Shown here piece after piece: positions 51,065-62,132 of a stretch of DNA of 64,000 nucleotides. How positions within the stretch are numbered: position 1 is the first letter of the stretch; the number at the start of each line of letters is the position of its first letter. Origin of the DNA: an uncultured Nitrososphaerales archaeon (GTDB taxonomy: Archaea; Thermoproteota; Nitrososphaeria; Nitrososphaerales; Nitrososphaeraceae). Position numbers and translations under genes: made by a program. Location of the stretch: contig CAVOHZ010000010.1 of assembly GCA_963695855.1 (NCBI GenBank), positions 800,001 to 864,000 of the forward strand. The letters run 5' to 3'. The notes under the pieces were generated by a model. It was not told the DNA's origin. It made no database searches and saw only the letters and a program-made list of their open reading frames with translations.

Positions 51065-51505
51065 ATGATTGGATCAGACATAGTTACTAAATATATTACA
51101 TTGTCTTCTAGAGGCGAAAATGATATTATTGATATTACAAGTAATGTAGACGAGTTATTATTAGAAAGTCGATTGAAAAATGGCATTGTGACACTTTTTG
51201 TCATTGGTTCTACGGCAGCAATAACTACCATAGAGTACGAACCTGGTCTGAGGAAGGATTTTCCAAGAATGTTGGAACGAATAGCATCCAAAGATATTGA
51301 ATATGAACATGAGAATACATGGCATGATGACAACGGACATGCACATGTAAGAGCGTCGTTAATTGGTCCTAGTTTAACTATACCTTTCGTTGATGGTAAA
51401 GTTACCCTTGGAACTTGGCAGCAGATTGTTTTACTAGAATTGGATACAAGAAGTAGAAATAGGAAAATTGTAGTTCAGTTAATTGGAAGTGCATCTCCTA
51501 AATAA
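51065..51505 (+). CDS. yjbQ: YjbQ/UPF0047 family (secondary thiamine-phosphate synthase)
   Basis: DIT..V, STAAITTIEYEPGL, NGHAHVRASLIG, LGTWQQI. Confidence 0.92.
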   Translation: MIGSDIVTKYITLSSRGENDIIDITSNVDELLLESRLKNGIVTLFVIGSTAAITTIEYEPGLRKDFPRMLERIASKDIEYEHENTWHDDNGHAHVRASLIGPSLTIPFVDGKVTLGTWQQIVLLELDTRSRNRKIVVQLIGSASPK

Positions 51506-51657
51506 AATTTCTTCTAACTTTATTTTGGATCTTTAGATAATGATTTTTTTTCTTCCCGATCTCTTTATACTTTAATGCGAGATAAAAATATGAATTTACA
51601 TCTTTTGTTCAATTATATCCTCTCCCCCTTATCCAAGAGTATTACACAATTTATCTA

Positions 51658-52629
51658 TTGTCAGTACGAAAACTTTTCATGAGCCTATGGTATGACAATT
51701 CTGCACCTGCGATCTCCGGTAGGGAAGGGAAATCACTCCTTCACAATTTCTTTGTTTACGGGAAAGAAGGATTGACCATTAATCCATATCAGGGATGTCA
51801 TCATAGATGTGGGTATTGTTACGCAACTTATGACTGGTCTCCAAAGTTCTTCGATCATATCTATGCAAAAATAAATGCTGCAGATCTGTTGTATGAAGAA
51901 ATTAGAAAAAGGAAAATCAAGATTTCTCACCCTGTAATGATTTCCTCTGCAACGGATGCCTATCAACCAGCCGAGTTAAAGTACTCTATAACGCGACAAT
52001 GTGTACAAGTATTACAGAAATTTGAAATTCCATATTACATTTTTACCAAGTCTATAATTATTGAGAGAGATTTGGAGTTGCACAAACAATATTCTGATAA
52101 ATGTTTCATAGTGTGGTCAATTACTACTTGCAATGAGGAAGTAAAAAGAATAATCGAACCAGGCACTCCTACATTTGACTCTTTATTTAAGGTAATCGAA
52201 AAATTCACAAAGTCTGAAATCCAGTGTGTCGTTAATATTGATCCTATTCTACCTCTAATTACTGATTCAAAATGCGACCTAGAAAAAATTTTAGATACCG
52301 CTGTCACCAGTGGTGTCAAATTTATCAGTAGCGCAATTTTGAAGCTTAAATCCGACATTTGGGAGAGATTAAAGTCTATCCTGGACCTTCTGAAGATGTC
52401 GGATGCAAAAAAACAATATGAACAAATTTACAACATTAAAGAACCGATAAAAGTAAAGAACAGTTTGAACGCCGAAAATAAATATTCATACAGAATTTTA
52501 AACATGTTGATGAGAGAATGCGATAAAAGAGATCTGAAATATGGGTTTCCCAATCTGCCACTTGAGAAAAATGGTTATTCATCTGCAGATAATTTAAAAA
52601 TGGTTACTCTTTTCGATTTCATAAGGTAA
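51658..52629 (+). CDS. Radical SAM protein, spore-photoproduct-lyase-like
   Basis: INPYQGCHHRCGYCYA, SSATDAYQPAE, TKS..IERD, IEPGTP. Confidence 0.88.
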   Translation: MSVRKLFMSLWYDNSAPAISGREGKSLLHNFFVYGKEGLTINPYQGCHHRCGYCYATYDWSPKFFDHIYAKINAADLLYEEIRKRKIKISHPVMISSATDAYQPAELKYSITRQCVQVLQKFEIPYYIFTKSIIIERDLELHKQYSDKCFIVWSITTCNEEVKRIIEPGTPTFDSLFKVIEKFTKSEIQCVVNIDPILPLITDSKCDLEKILDTAVTSGVKFISSAILKLKSDIWERLKSILDLLKMSDAKKQYEQIYNIKEPIKVKNSLNAENKYSYRILNMLMRECDKRDLKYGFPNLPLEKNGYSSADNLKMVTLFDFIR

Positions 52630-52711
52630 CAAACAAAAAAGCCACCTGAATTTGTATGTGAAAAAGCGTTAATAAAGCATAAAATAGCAGATAATTAATA
52701 TAAAATAATTA

Positions 52712-53281
52712 TTGAAGTCATATAACATAGATAACTTTCAATGTATGTTGATTATATTATCGGTTTCATTAATCTTGACTTTAGGTAATATAGGAATTTT
52801 AAACGAGGCACTAGCTCAAAGTTTTATTACCTATGACAATAGTAAAATGAGATTTAGCCTCATGTATCCATCTAATTGGCAGATGGAAGAACATTTTAAT
52901 GGTTTTGTTACTTTTACTGCTCCAATTGAAGATTATACACAAAAACGGTTTCCAGCAGGACTAGGAATTTTCCCCCTAACTTTGCAATCACAAAACATAT
53001 CTCTGACAACACTAAAAAATGTTAATCTTAAGAATTTAACCAGCAACCTTAAAGAATTTCAATTGTTGAGAGCTAATCAAATTATTCTTCCAGGAAATTA
53101 TCCCGCACAGCAGATAGTTTTCACTGCACTCGATGGGGATGAAATCAGAAAATCGATGCAAATTATTGTTAAAAATCAAGACAAAGCATATCTTATTACA
53201 TACAAAGCTGATTTGAACAAGTATGACAGTTATTTACAAACGATTCAAAAAATCCTTGAAACTCTTGTCTTGACAAAATGA
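52712..53281 (+). CDS. Secreted PsbP-like protein
   Basis: Signal peptide; F.TYDN..FSLMYPSNW; AYLITY; ..Y..YL.TIQKIL.T. Confidence 0.75.
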   Translation: MKSYNIDNFQCMLIILSVSLILTLGNIGILNEALAQSFITYDNSKMRFSLMYPSNWQMEEHFNGFVTFTAPIEDYTQKRFPAGLGIFPLTLQSQNISLTTLKNVNLKNLTSNLKEFQLLRANQIILPGNYPAQQIVFTALDGDEIRKSMQIIVKNQDKAYLITYKADLNKYDSYLQTIQKILETLVLTK

Positions 53282-53303
53282 TTTTTCTCTATATTCTCCC
53301 GAA

Positions 53304-53609
53304 TTGAAGTATATTAAATTACTATACTACTTTATTACTCCTAGAAATAAATATTTAAGATTTGGTTTGATTATCTTGGTAACATTCTCAATATTAGCTA
53401 TCTATCTGAACTTCCAAGGTATGACTTGTCTTAAACAACTAGCCCCTTATTATAGTTCTAACATTGGTGATGCTAAAATCAAATCAATTGAATCTCTAGA
53501 AATGAATTGTTTTATTGTTACTAATTCTTATGTGTATTCCATCTTTGGTATAATTATTGGCATTATATTGATATTAGTTTACTTTTTCAAAATCAAAAAA
53601 AGAAAATAG
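53304..53609 (+). CDS. Two-TM hypothetical protein
   Basis: Two hydrophobic segments, paired Cys in the loop, basic tail. Confidence 0.6.
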   Translation: MKYIKLLYYFITPRNKYLRFGLIILVTFSILAIYLNFQGMTCLKQLAPYYSSNIGDAKIKSIESLEMNCFIVTNSYVYSIFGIIIGIILILVYFFKIKKRK

Positions 53610-53648
53610 ATGTCTTTAACTTTGATTTTTCATTTTATTATGTGCTTT

Positions 53649-54233
53649 TTACATTACAGGTTCAGTATGTCCTGCTTCTGCAGCTTCATGAGATTCATGT
53701 TCTCCCTTGGCTATTTCATTAACGCCGATTACGACTGTTGATGTAGGCGGAAAATCTATGTCCTCGTCAGTTGGATTCTTCAAGGCAATATCTGTTATCT
53801 TAGAAACATTTCCACCGGGCATCAAATCAACATGATATAAACATAAATCTCCCGGTTTAGATAGATTTGCTATATTTTCTAATTCAGCTGGAGCAAATTG
53901 TGGTGCAGATCCTATCAAGACTTGAATTGGAGAAACAGAGTCGTCTTCACATGGTATTTTTACTGCAACATGACCTTTTAATATCGTATCAGGCGTACTA
54001 TCATAGAGATGGATAAAATCTTGAGATGGTAATGTTAGGTCCTGCAGCATAACAGTAACGGTATCCCTGACTGAAATTCCTTCAGTGTACTCTTCACCGT
54101 GCTCTTCTGGAGTTGTTGCATTGGACATCGTCTCGTTGGCCCCTTGTGCAAAGCTAGGTACTGTATTAAAAAGTCCCATCGCAAACGCTACCGTGACAAA
54201 TACTATAATAGTATTTGTAAGATATTTTCCCAT
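53649..54233 (-). CDS. Secreted acidic, His-containing conserved hypothetical protein
   Basis: Signal peptide; FIHLYDSTP..GHVAVKIPC..CLYHVD. Confidence 0.7.
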   Translation of the reverse strand: MGKYLTNTIIVFVTVAFAMGLFNTVPSFAQGANETMSNATTPEEHGEEYTEGISVRDTVTVMLQDLTLPSQDFIHLYDSTPDTILKGHVAVKIPCEDDSVSPIQVLIGSAPQFAPAELENIANLSKPGDLCLYHVDLMPGGNVSKITDIALKNPTDEDIDFPPTSTVVIGVNEIAKGEHESHEAAEAGHTEPVM

Positions 54234-54538
54234 TGAATGTTCTTGATAATTAATGCTTTTAAACTTTATTGTACATCAATCGAAGGTTCAAATTTTTGAA
54301 TTTATGGGTAATTGTACTATATTCCTGAAATATTTTGTTTATAAAAAAATTCGTCGCTTCAAGGTTGTACCATAATATATTTAAATTCTTTCTGTTGATT
54401 TATGACATTGCTAAGGAATTTTAATAATCCAGATACATTCTATAATAATCCAAAAGTACTTGCGTTGATAGCAAGCGTTATGATCTCATCTCATTTTTAA
54501 CTGTTCCAGCTATCTTACCACACATTTACCACAGAAAT

Positions 54539-54820
54539 ATGATTTACCATATTATAGTTCATTTGAGATCATTGATAATCTCACAATTTCTTGTATTAGT
54601 ATGTATCCTAGCATATGGCAGAACCAAAAGTGTCAAGATCTTCTTTATGACCCTAGGTTTTGTAACTCTCGTCGCAGTAGAATACTTGTACCTCTTTAAT
54701 TCCACTGCGGATATTTACGCTATGCTTATTCCAATTGCTAATATAGAACTTTCTCACCTCATTCTACTAATTATGGTTATTTTTTTTGGTATAAGTTTTC
54801 TGAATGGTGCTAATAAATGA
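54539..54820 (+). CDS. Three-TM membrane protein
   Basis: Hydrophobic ORF overlapping the downstream ATG (ATGA). Confidence 0.6.
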   Translation: MIYHIIVHLRSLIISQFLVLVCILAYGRTKSVKIFFMTLGFVTLVAVEYLYLFNSTADIYAMLIPIANIELSHLILLIMVIFFGISFLNGANK

Positions 54821-55356
54821 ATGCAGAATTTACTCTAGAAAAGAGAGAAAAAAAATTCAGTTCAAGAAAAAATAATTCATTTTATTATTAAATTTCCAGG
54901 AGTCAGATACAGGGAATTGTTAAGACTCACTGGACTTTCTAATGGCGTACTTACCTATCACTTAAATATATTGGATCGTTACGGTAAAGTTAAAATCGAC
55001 AGAATTAACAACAGAGTAACTAGATATTATTCTAAAAATAAATGGGATAAGGAGTCCAAAATTTTAGCTATACTGAGACAAAAAAGCACAAGAAATGTTT
55101 TACTGTTTATAACGTATCATGATTCTTGCACCTTTAATGAAATAGTAGTTACACCCATAAGGTTCCATCAACTGTCTCATGGCATTTGATGAGACTAAAA
55201 GAATCAAATATGATCAGGATACGAGGACACAATGATTATAATGTTTATGATCTATCTATAGATAAAACTTTTCTACTCAATACTTTACAAAAATACAACA
55301 AAAGTCTCAGTTCTGACATTGTAGAAGATTATGTTGAAATGATGCAAGAATTTTAA
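54817..55356 (+). pseudogene. Double winged-helix (ArsR-like) regulator with two frameshifts
   Basis: FPGVRYRELLRLTGLSNGVLTYHL and PSTVSWHLMRL..DYVEMMQEF in different frames; shifts near 54850 (A run) and ~55150. Confidence 0.7.
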
Positions 55357-55801
55357 TTTTCACGAACTTTATCCTCTAGAGTTAGCCAAATAGTTTTATC
55401 TATAGCTATCCTTTTCTAGTCTATAGATATTTTACTTTTATCAGAGATCAACATTTTTTCCGTTATCGACTCAAGATTTTTTAGACGAATACCTTAAATA
55501 TACATCCTCTCAAAAAAAAACGATAACAAAAAATGGCTTTCCAAAATGGAAGTAGCATAAATATTGTTTCTCCTAAGGCATACAAAAAACAGAGACCCGT
55601 CGCATTAATTAACAACGATGCGATATTATCAAACCAGAAGTAAAAATGCTGGTGACCAGAAATTGTCACCTGAAAGGAAACTACTCGAAACCTTGTTAAA
55701 GGTGTTTTAATTGAAATACATGTACAAGTGCTAATAGCCTTATGGTATAATCGATGAATGTACTTTAATAGATTAATCTTCCATAATGAACTTATTTTAA
55801 T

Positions 55802-56842
55802 TTATCTTGGTAAAAATGAAAATTTAAGAATCATTTCTGAATTGTCTAACCCTTTCTCAGTTCTATCTTTTGTTAATTTAAACAGACTATTGCTATCTAA
55901 AACAAAATGTACTATTAGATACGAGGAATTTGAAAATGGATCTATTGACACGGAACTTTTACTTATTTCTTCAAAATCAATATCATTTATTTTTATGATG
56001 GAACTGTTAGCATTAAAAAATTTTTTGAAATGGTTCGGTATCTTTAATTCTGTATGGATATAAATAAAACCCTCCTCGATTCTTGTGAGATTATATTTAA
56101 AAGGAATTTCAAAAGAAATTTCATCTGTATTCACGTTATACTGGTATTTTAATATCTGATCGTTGTAAGACAATATGGTTAAATTATCATTTTTATTTTT
56201 GCTCATGTTATTAATATTTAATATGTTACCTAAGCTTAAATAAGAATCAAATTTTAAAAAATTCTGTCCATTTAAATCATTATTCTTCTTCATATTAGTT
56301 TTGATTTTAAGATGATATATTCCGCTCTCTAATATTGGATAGTTAACATAAACCGTTCCATTAATATCTGATTCTACCTTTGAGTTAATCATTGAGTTGT
56401 TATATTTGTCCATCTTTCCACTTTCTTTCTTAGCGGAGTTAAATTCTAAAACCAGTGAATCATTCTTTGAATGAAAAGTATCATTTAAAAATAGATCTTC
56501 AGTTATGTTATTATTTCTAAAATTATTTTTCAGCATTATTAATTCCATACTTTTTGGGTTTTGAGTTGAGTTATTTTCAGTGTCTATTAATTTAAAAATC
56601 AACTGTCTCTTTTCCTCTACATGAGAATCGACCATCGAAGGTTTAAATTCAACCCAAAGACCAAGGGGCGTATTATCTAAATTTAAAGGAGGTAATAAAT
56701 CCCTTCCAAAGTTATTTTTAATACCATTGGCATATGCATTTTCTATTTGATTAATAGATAAAAAGCCTTTTGAAGACGTGAGAAATGAAAGTAAAAATAA
56801 ACAGATTAATGTAGTTACAAAATAATTATTAGTTTCTTTCAT
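55802..56842 (-). CDS. Secreted protein, diverged paralog of 6937-8271
   Basis: LPP, FHS, ILESGIYH, FDSYLSLG, ILSYNDQI, HTELKIP, IDPF, VHFVL shared. Confidence 0.7.
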   Translation of the reverse strand: MKETNNYFVTTLICLFLLSFLTSSKGFLSINQIENAYANGIKNNFGRDLLPPLNLDNTPLGLWVEFKPSMVDSHVEEKRQLIFKLIDTENNSTQNPKSMELIMLKNNFRNNNITEDLFLNDTFHSKNDSLVLEFNSAKKESGKMDKYNNSMINSKVESDINGTVYVNYPILESGIYHLKIKTNMKKNNDLNGQNFLKFDSYLSLGNILNINNMSKNKNDNLTILSYNDQILKYQYNVNTDEISFEIPFKYNLTRIEEGFIYIHTELKIPNHFKKFFNANSSIIKINDIDFEEISKSSVSIDPFSNSSYLIVHFVLDSNSLFKLTKDRTEKGLDNSEMILKFSFLPR

Positions 56843-56922
56843 TTTTCAAAACTAGCCGCCTAAAGCGTCAAAAATTAAATTTCACGATACCGTCTACACA
56901 AAATATTCAAAAAATATTTTAT

Positions 56923-58584
56923 CTATCTGAATAGAAAGCTACAGATAGAATCATTAAAGTGTTTAAGACATTCTCTTTTCAGTTGTTCTAAGTATTTTCC
57001 TTGTCCAAAGTCATCAAAATCTTTTGGTGCGCCATCTTCAAAAGGTTCTAACTTAAAGTTTTCCGGTAGTTCTGGCTCTGGTAAAATTTCTAATTTAGCT
57101 GAAATATTCAATGGTTTTCCTTCTCTTATGATTGCAATTTTTACAACTTCTCCTTCTTTCTTGGTTTCGAGATACTTGTTAATGTCTGTAACATTGTTTA
57201 TTTTTATATCATCTATTCCAACTATGATATCTCCTCCTAGCCTGATTTGAGTATTATTAATAATTTCAACCTTGTATCCGCCTTTAATCCCTGCCTTGTC
57301 TGCAGGACTTTTAGAGTTTACATCTATAACCAGGAATCCTTTTGCTTCAGTCAAGTTCATTGCATCTGCAATTTCTGGTGTAACATTGATTCCTGTTACT
57401 CCTAATGAAGGATGTTCTCCTACCTTAGAAAGAGTTTCTGAATCAGGTCTTGCCTGGAGTATGGCATTTTTCTCTTCCAATGTTCCATTTCTGATTATTG
57501 TCAAAGATATCTTATCTCCAACAGATTTTTCCAGTTCCAAGTGTGTTAGTATGTCATCTATTTTCCTTACTGGAGTTCCATCAATTGCAATAATTACATC
57601 TCCTCCCAATTCTACTTGCCTTCCATCAATGCCATAAATTTTGTCTCCGCCCCTAATCCCTGCCTTGTCTGCCGGACTATTGGAGTTTACATCTATAACC
57701 AGGAATCCTTTTGCTTCAGTCAAGTTCATTGCATCTGCAATTTCTGGTGTAACATCTACACCAGTTACTCCTATCCATGGGTGTTGATAGGATCCTTTTG
57801 CAATCAATTCAGGTATTACCTTTTTAATCGTGTTGGAGGGAATTGCGAATCCAACCCCTGCATAAACTCCTGTGTTAGAAAAAATTGCTGAATTAATACC
57901 AATTACTTCTCCACTCAAACTTAGTAACGGACCTCCAGAATTTCCTGGGTTTATAGCCGCATCTGTTTGAATAATTCCTGGAATGTTGAACGCACCCACT
58001 TTCCCATTTCCGTAAACCGGTTCTTGCGATGATGGTAATAACCTTCCCAACCCGCTAATAATCCCCTCTGTAAGAGATCCTGATAAACCAAATGGATTTC
58101 CTACGGCTGCAACAGGTTGACCTATTGTTAGTGATGATGAATTACCAAGTGTTAGTGGTACTAATCTCTCCTTGGGAACATCTTCCGCGAATACCACTGC
58201 AAGGTCACTATAAGGATCAGAGCTCAGAACCTTTGCAGAATATATAGTTCCATCCGAAAAAGTAACATGCAATGTCTTGCTGCCTGCGATCACATGGTTG
58301 TTTGTTACAATATGACCTTCTAAATCATAAACGAATCCAGACCCCAATCTTTCTCCAAGCATTGCTGAACTTTCGTCCTTACCTGATATCTGGACTACTG
58401 ACTTTTCCACATTTTTAAATAATTCAGAAAGTGAATACGCTTGTGTATTCTCATCTTGAGCAAAAATATCGTAATGGAGATAATTAAGAACTAATAGTGC
58501 TGGTAGCAATAGAGCAAGAAAAACTAACATATTTTTGCTTGCACCGCTTAAATTGTTTATAATATTAGATTTTTTATTCAACAC
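56923..58584 (-). CDS. htrA: HtrA/DegP serine protease with two PDZ domains
   Basis: GSGF, TNNHV, SDLAV, QTDAAINPGNSGGPL; two SPADKAGI.GG PDZ repeats; N-terminal TM. Confidence 0.93.
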   Translation of the reverse strand: MLNKKSNIINNLSGASKNMLVFLALLLPALLVLNYLHYDIFAQDENTQAYSLSELFKNVEKSVVQISGKDESSAMLGERLGSGFVYDLEGHIVTNNHVIAGSKTLHVTFSDGTIYSAKVLSSDPYSDLAVVFAEDVPKERLVPLTLGNSSSLTIGQPVAAVGNPFGLSGSLTEGIISGLGRLLPSSQEPVYGNGKVGAFNIPGIIQTDAAINPGNSGGPLLSLSGEVIGINSAIFSNTGVYAGVGFAIPSNTIKKVIPELIAKGSYQHPWIGVTGVDVTPEIADAMNLTEAKGFLVIDVNSNSPADKAGIRGGDKIYGIDGRQVELGGDVIIAIDGTPVRKIDDILTHLELEKSVGDKISLTIIRNGTLEEKNAILQARPDSETLSKVGEHPSLGVTGINVTPEIADAMNLTEAKGFLVIDVNSKSPADKAGIKGGYKVEIINNTQIRLGGDIIVGIDDIKINNVTDINKYLETKKEGEVVKIAIIREGKPLNISAKLEILPEPELPENFKLEPFEDGAPKDFDDFGQGKYLEQLKRECLKHFNDSICSFLFR

Positions 58585-58778
58585 TTTTTTAATAATAACA
58601 GTTATGTATATTTCTTAACAATTTCAATTAAAAAATTTCTATAGGAATCTTTTATTTATCTAATATATTTATATATATTCTTTCTTGTCTATATAGCAAT
58701 TATTCAATAACTATTTTATCCTTAGATGCTATATAAAAAAACTTCTGGGAGTTGAAGAACTGTATTATTCGGATAATC

Positions 58779-59321
58779 CTATTTTACTTCTTTAGCTTGC
58801 ACATCAATTGTATAGGTAACTGTAAATGGTTCAGAATTTGTATTGTGAAAAAGCAATGCATCACCAACGAAATTGAAAGTACTAGAACTAATCAAAGTAT
58901 CATTAACTTCTAATGGTTTATCAACAATATTCTTAAGTTGTGAAATAGCAATTCTTTTATCACCAAGTACTACATTGTAGGGTTCCCCATGTTCAGAATC
59001 AATAATTTCAGTAGGATTATACTTATGCAAAATTTCTATTTCGATTGGTTTGCTCGCGGTGAAGGTTGCTGTTCCTGACCATATCTTTCCGTCTTCTCTT
59101 AGAGGCAATGCAAAAACAACTTCGTGTGGTTGTTGACCTGGGATACTTACAGACGCGGTTTTGGACATAACTGTTTTTTGTTGTACGATGGAAACATTAT
59201 TATCACCAAGAGCATTTGTGGAGTTATTATTTTCTTGTTGTTGTTCTTGTTGTTGGTATGAGTTTTGTATAAAAGATATAGATGCTATCAAAAAAATAAT
59301 ACCAAATAACAAAATATTCAT
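58779..59321 (-). CDS. Secreted conserved hypothetical protein
   Basis: Signal peptide; H.VV.ALP.REDGKIWSG..TFTASKP..ILH; F.GDALLFH..PFTVTYT. Confidence 0.7.
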   Translation of the reverse strand: MNILLFGIIFLIASISFIQNSYQQQEQQQENNNSTNALGDNNVSIVQQKTVMSKTASVSIPGQQPHEVVFALPLREDGKIWSGTATFTASKPIEIEILHKYNPTEIIDSEHGEPYNVVLGDKRIAISQLKNIVDKPLEVNDTLISSSTFNFVGDALLFHNTNSEPFTVTYTIDVQAKEVK

Positions 59322-59460
59322 CTCTATTTCTGGTTAGTTCCAAACTAAAATATATAAAAGTTCTTAAATTCCTTTATCATGAAGTAATATGACTATTTAT
59401 TAATAGGTTAATTAATTTTTATTAACTAAAAACAAATAACTGTATAAATATTATATTTTA

Positions 59461-60237
59461 ATGCAAAAAGGAAAAACATTTCTTCTTGAGGAAATGAGTG
59501 GATTCGAAATTAAAAAACAGGTTAATTCAAAAACAATAGCCGTATTGATTTTCGGAGCCTGCGAAAATCATGGTGATCACTTGCCTTTCGGTTCTGATTT
59601 TATTTTTCCATTAGATCTAGCAAAGCGTATTTCACTTAAATCTAAAAATTTAATAATTCTGCCTCCTCTTCCATACGGAGTAAGTATTCATCACAAGAAG
59701 TTTTTCATGACAATTAACATCGATCCTAATACTTTAATCAAATTCATTGAAGATATTATAGAGAGCTTAATATTTAACGGAATAAAAAAATTCTTGATAA
59801 TTAATGGTCATGATGGAAATATTGCTCCAATTGAAATAGCTTCAAGAAACACTAAAGGTAAATTTCCACAAGTAACAATAGCATGTTTGGAATCCTGGTG
59901 GACTCTAGTGGGCCAACTTTCTTTAAATACATTTGAGATTTGGGACGGTATGGGACATGGGGGAGAAGCTGAAACATCTGTTATGATGTACATCCGTCCT
60001 GATCTGGTAAATATGGAGAAAGCACCTGAAGACACTATACCCCAACTACCTGATCATCTCCGTATTTATTGGAATATGGATGAGTTATCAACTACGGGAG
60101 CAACAGGTTCTTCAAAAAAAGGTTCACTACAAAAGGGAGAAAGTGTCATGAAAATCTTGGAAAAATTATTATTATCTTTTATTAAAAATATGGAAAAAAC
60201 TGATTGGAAATATGGCTTATATTTGAAAGCAAATTAA
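59461..60237 (+). CDS. Creatininase/formamide hydrolase family protein
   Basis: GACENHGDHLPFGSD, S.HH, NGHDGN, HGGEAETS. Confidence 0.9.
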   Translation: MQKGKTFLLEEMSGFEIKKQVNSKTIAVLIFGACENHGDHLPFGSDFIFPLDLAKRISLKSKNLIILPPLPYGVSIHHKKFFMTINIDPNTLIKFIEDIIESLIFNGIKKFLIINGHDGNIAPIEIASRNTKGKFPQVTIACLESWWTLVGQLSLNTFEIWDGMGHGGEAETSVMMYIRPDLVNMEKAPEDTIPQLPDHLRIYWNMDELSTTGATGSSKKGSLQKGESVMKILEKLLLSFIKNMEKTDWKYGLYLKAN

Positions 60238-60352
60238 GAGAAAGGAAAACAATATGTTTTATCTGTTCGTTGTACCACTTGGTTCTCTGATAATATGATT
60301 ATGTATCTCATGAATTAGTAAATATTATATAAAATAAAAAAAGAAATTTGGT

Positions 60353-60637
60353 CTATTTATAATATGGTTTTCCATATCTATCTTCAAAATATCCGCTTTC
60401 GTATTGGTCGTAATAACCACTATGTTTTTCTCCATTATCATAGCCTTCATTATCTTCTCCTTCATTATCATATTCTCTGTCATCATATCCTCGACATGCA
60501 CAATATTCATCATCATAGTTATCTTTTGTAGATTTATCTCCAGATGCATACACATCACTTGCTAAATACATGCTTATTGAAAAAAAAGCTCCAAGTGTGC
60601 TTGCTGCTAAAATTATTAATGAGTATGTTCTATTCAT
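60353..60637 (-). CDS. Small secreted Tyr/Asp/Glu-rich protein
   Basis: Signal peptide ending VYA, then low-complexity acidic Tyr-rich tail. Confidence 0.6.
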   Translation of the reverse strand: MNRTYSLIILAASTLGAFFSISMYLASDVYASGDKSTKDNYDDEYCACRGYDDREYDNEGEDNEGYDNGEKHSGYYDQYESGYFEDRYGKPYYK

Positions 60638-60868
60638 TTTTTTGTATACAATCCTATGAAAACATCATATATTAGGTGAATTCAAATAAGTTATATAATC
60701 CGACCACACCTTCTTTTTCTATATTTTTTTTTGATTTTCTGTTACTAAACAATTCTCCTTATGTTTACGTGTAATATTTTTTTTTGAATTATGTTACTAA
60801 TTCTAATGAAATATAAATAAATTATTTCTCGAAATCAATATTTTTTTATAGCCAAATTTGATCTTATT

Positions 60869-61864
60869 TTAGGTAATTGAAGAACAAATCATTGGAAACG
60901 AAATATCGTACCGAAAACTTGTATTTGAGTGACCACCATCAAATTCCTCGTAGTAATGTATTATATCCAAATTATTTAATTTATTATGTATCATTCTTGC
61001 ACCAAGGTGTAGGTTAAATTCATCTTTATTTCCGCAATCGATATACAAGAGTTTTAGTTTTCTCAAGTTATATTGATATTTATTTATCATTTTCACTGGA
61101 TCTAATGCTTTCCACATTTTCCATACGTCTTCTATGATCTCTCCTGTTTCTATGTCAAAAGGTAATTTTACACCCAGTTCAGAATTAGTATCAGGTGAAT
61201 AGTGAGCGGCCATAGCAAGGATATTGAGAGTTATAAAATCTTTTTTTTGTTTTCTATTTTGTTTTTTCCAAAATTGATTGAACCACTTTTTTACCCCTCC
61301 TGCTTCCTTGAACGTTTCGTATGCACTAGGAAAATCAGGCAGATAACAATATTCAAATGCAGAATCCCCAGAATGACATGCAATTGCTTTAAAAATTTCT
61401 GGGTACTTCATACCCAGAACAAGTGATCCATATCCCCCGGAAGATTTTCCCCACAACCCAAAGGAGGAAATATTATAATTACTCTGTATGAAAGGAACAA
61501 TTTCATTGACGATGTAATCTTCGTACCTTCCAGTTGCAGTCGAATTAATATATTGGTTTCCACCAAACTTGGTAAAACAATCTGGAATCGCTAGTATCAT
61601 AGGAGCAAGTTTTCCATCAGCAATTAGCCTATTCATTCTTTCTTCAATGTTCTCTCCTAAAGGATCAAAATTAAGGAATGTTCTGCCATTTCCTGCAAAA
61701 CCGGATAATCCAATAGATGCTGGATATCCATTAGAATGACTTTGTGAATAATTAGGAGGAACATATACTATTACTTCTCTTACATGCGGGTCATTGAGAG
61801 GATTAGATCGTAAAATTGTACTATCATGAGTATGCCTGATTATTCTTCCTTTATATTCGGTCAT
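60869..61864 (-). CDS. Alpha/beta hydrolase (enterochelin-esterase-like)
   Basis: VYVPP.Y, GKSSGGYG nucleophile elbow, DCG..DE, EEFDGGH. Confidence 0.88.
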   Translation of the reverse strand: MTEYKGRIIRHTHDSTILRSNPLNDPHVREVIVYVPPNYSQSHSNGYPASIGLSGFAGNGRTFLNFDPLGENIEERMNRLIADGKLAPMILAIPDCFTKFGGNQYINSTATGRYEDYIVNEIVPFIQSNYNISSFGLWGKSSGGYGSLVLGMKYPEIFKAIACHSGDSAFEYCYLPDFPSAYETFKEAGGVKKWFNQFWKKQNRKQKKDFITLNILAMAAHYSPDTNSELGVKLPFDIETGEIIEDVWKMWKALDPVKMINKYQYNLRKLKLLYIDCGNKDEFNLHLGARMIHNKLNNLDIIHYYEEFDGGHSNTSFRYDISFPMICSSIT

Positions 61865-61891
61865 TTTTAATATTTATGATGACTAGGTATA

Positions 61892-61936
61892 TATAATATA
61901 CAAATATAATATACAAATATATTATACAAATATAAT
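61892..61936. repeat. 13-bp tandem repeat x3 (TATAATATACAAA) in the esterase promoter region
   Basis: Read directly; one mismatch in the third unit. Confidence 0.8.
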
Positions 61937-62132
61937 AATTATGTCTTGAATAAAGATTTTAATATCTGGTTTCTCCTTAAATTGTTTTATTCATGTAGTA
62001 CCGATTTTCAATTTTCTCTTTCATATTTGTTTTAACTAGTCATTATCTTATTAAAAATTCTATATTTGTATAAATAATTACGAACTGAAATCCCAACTAT
62101 ATTTATTTTAACCAGTTGAATAAAGACTTTAT

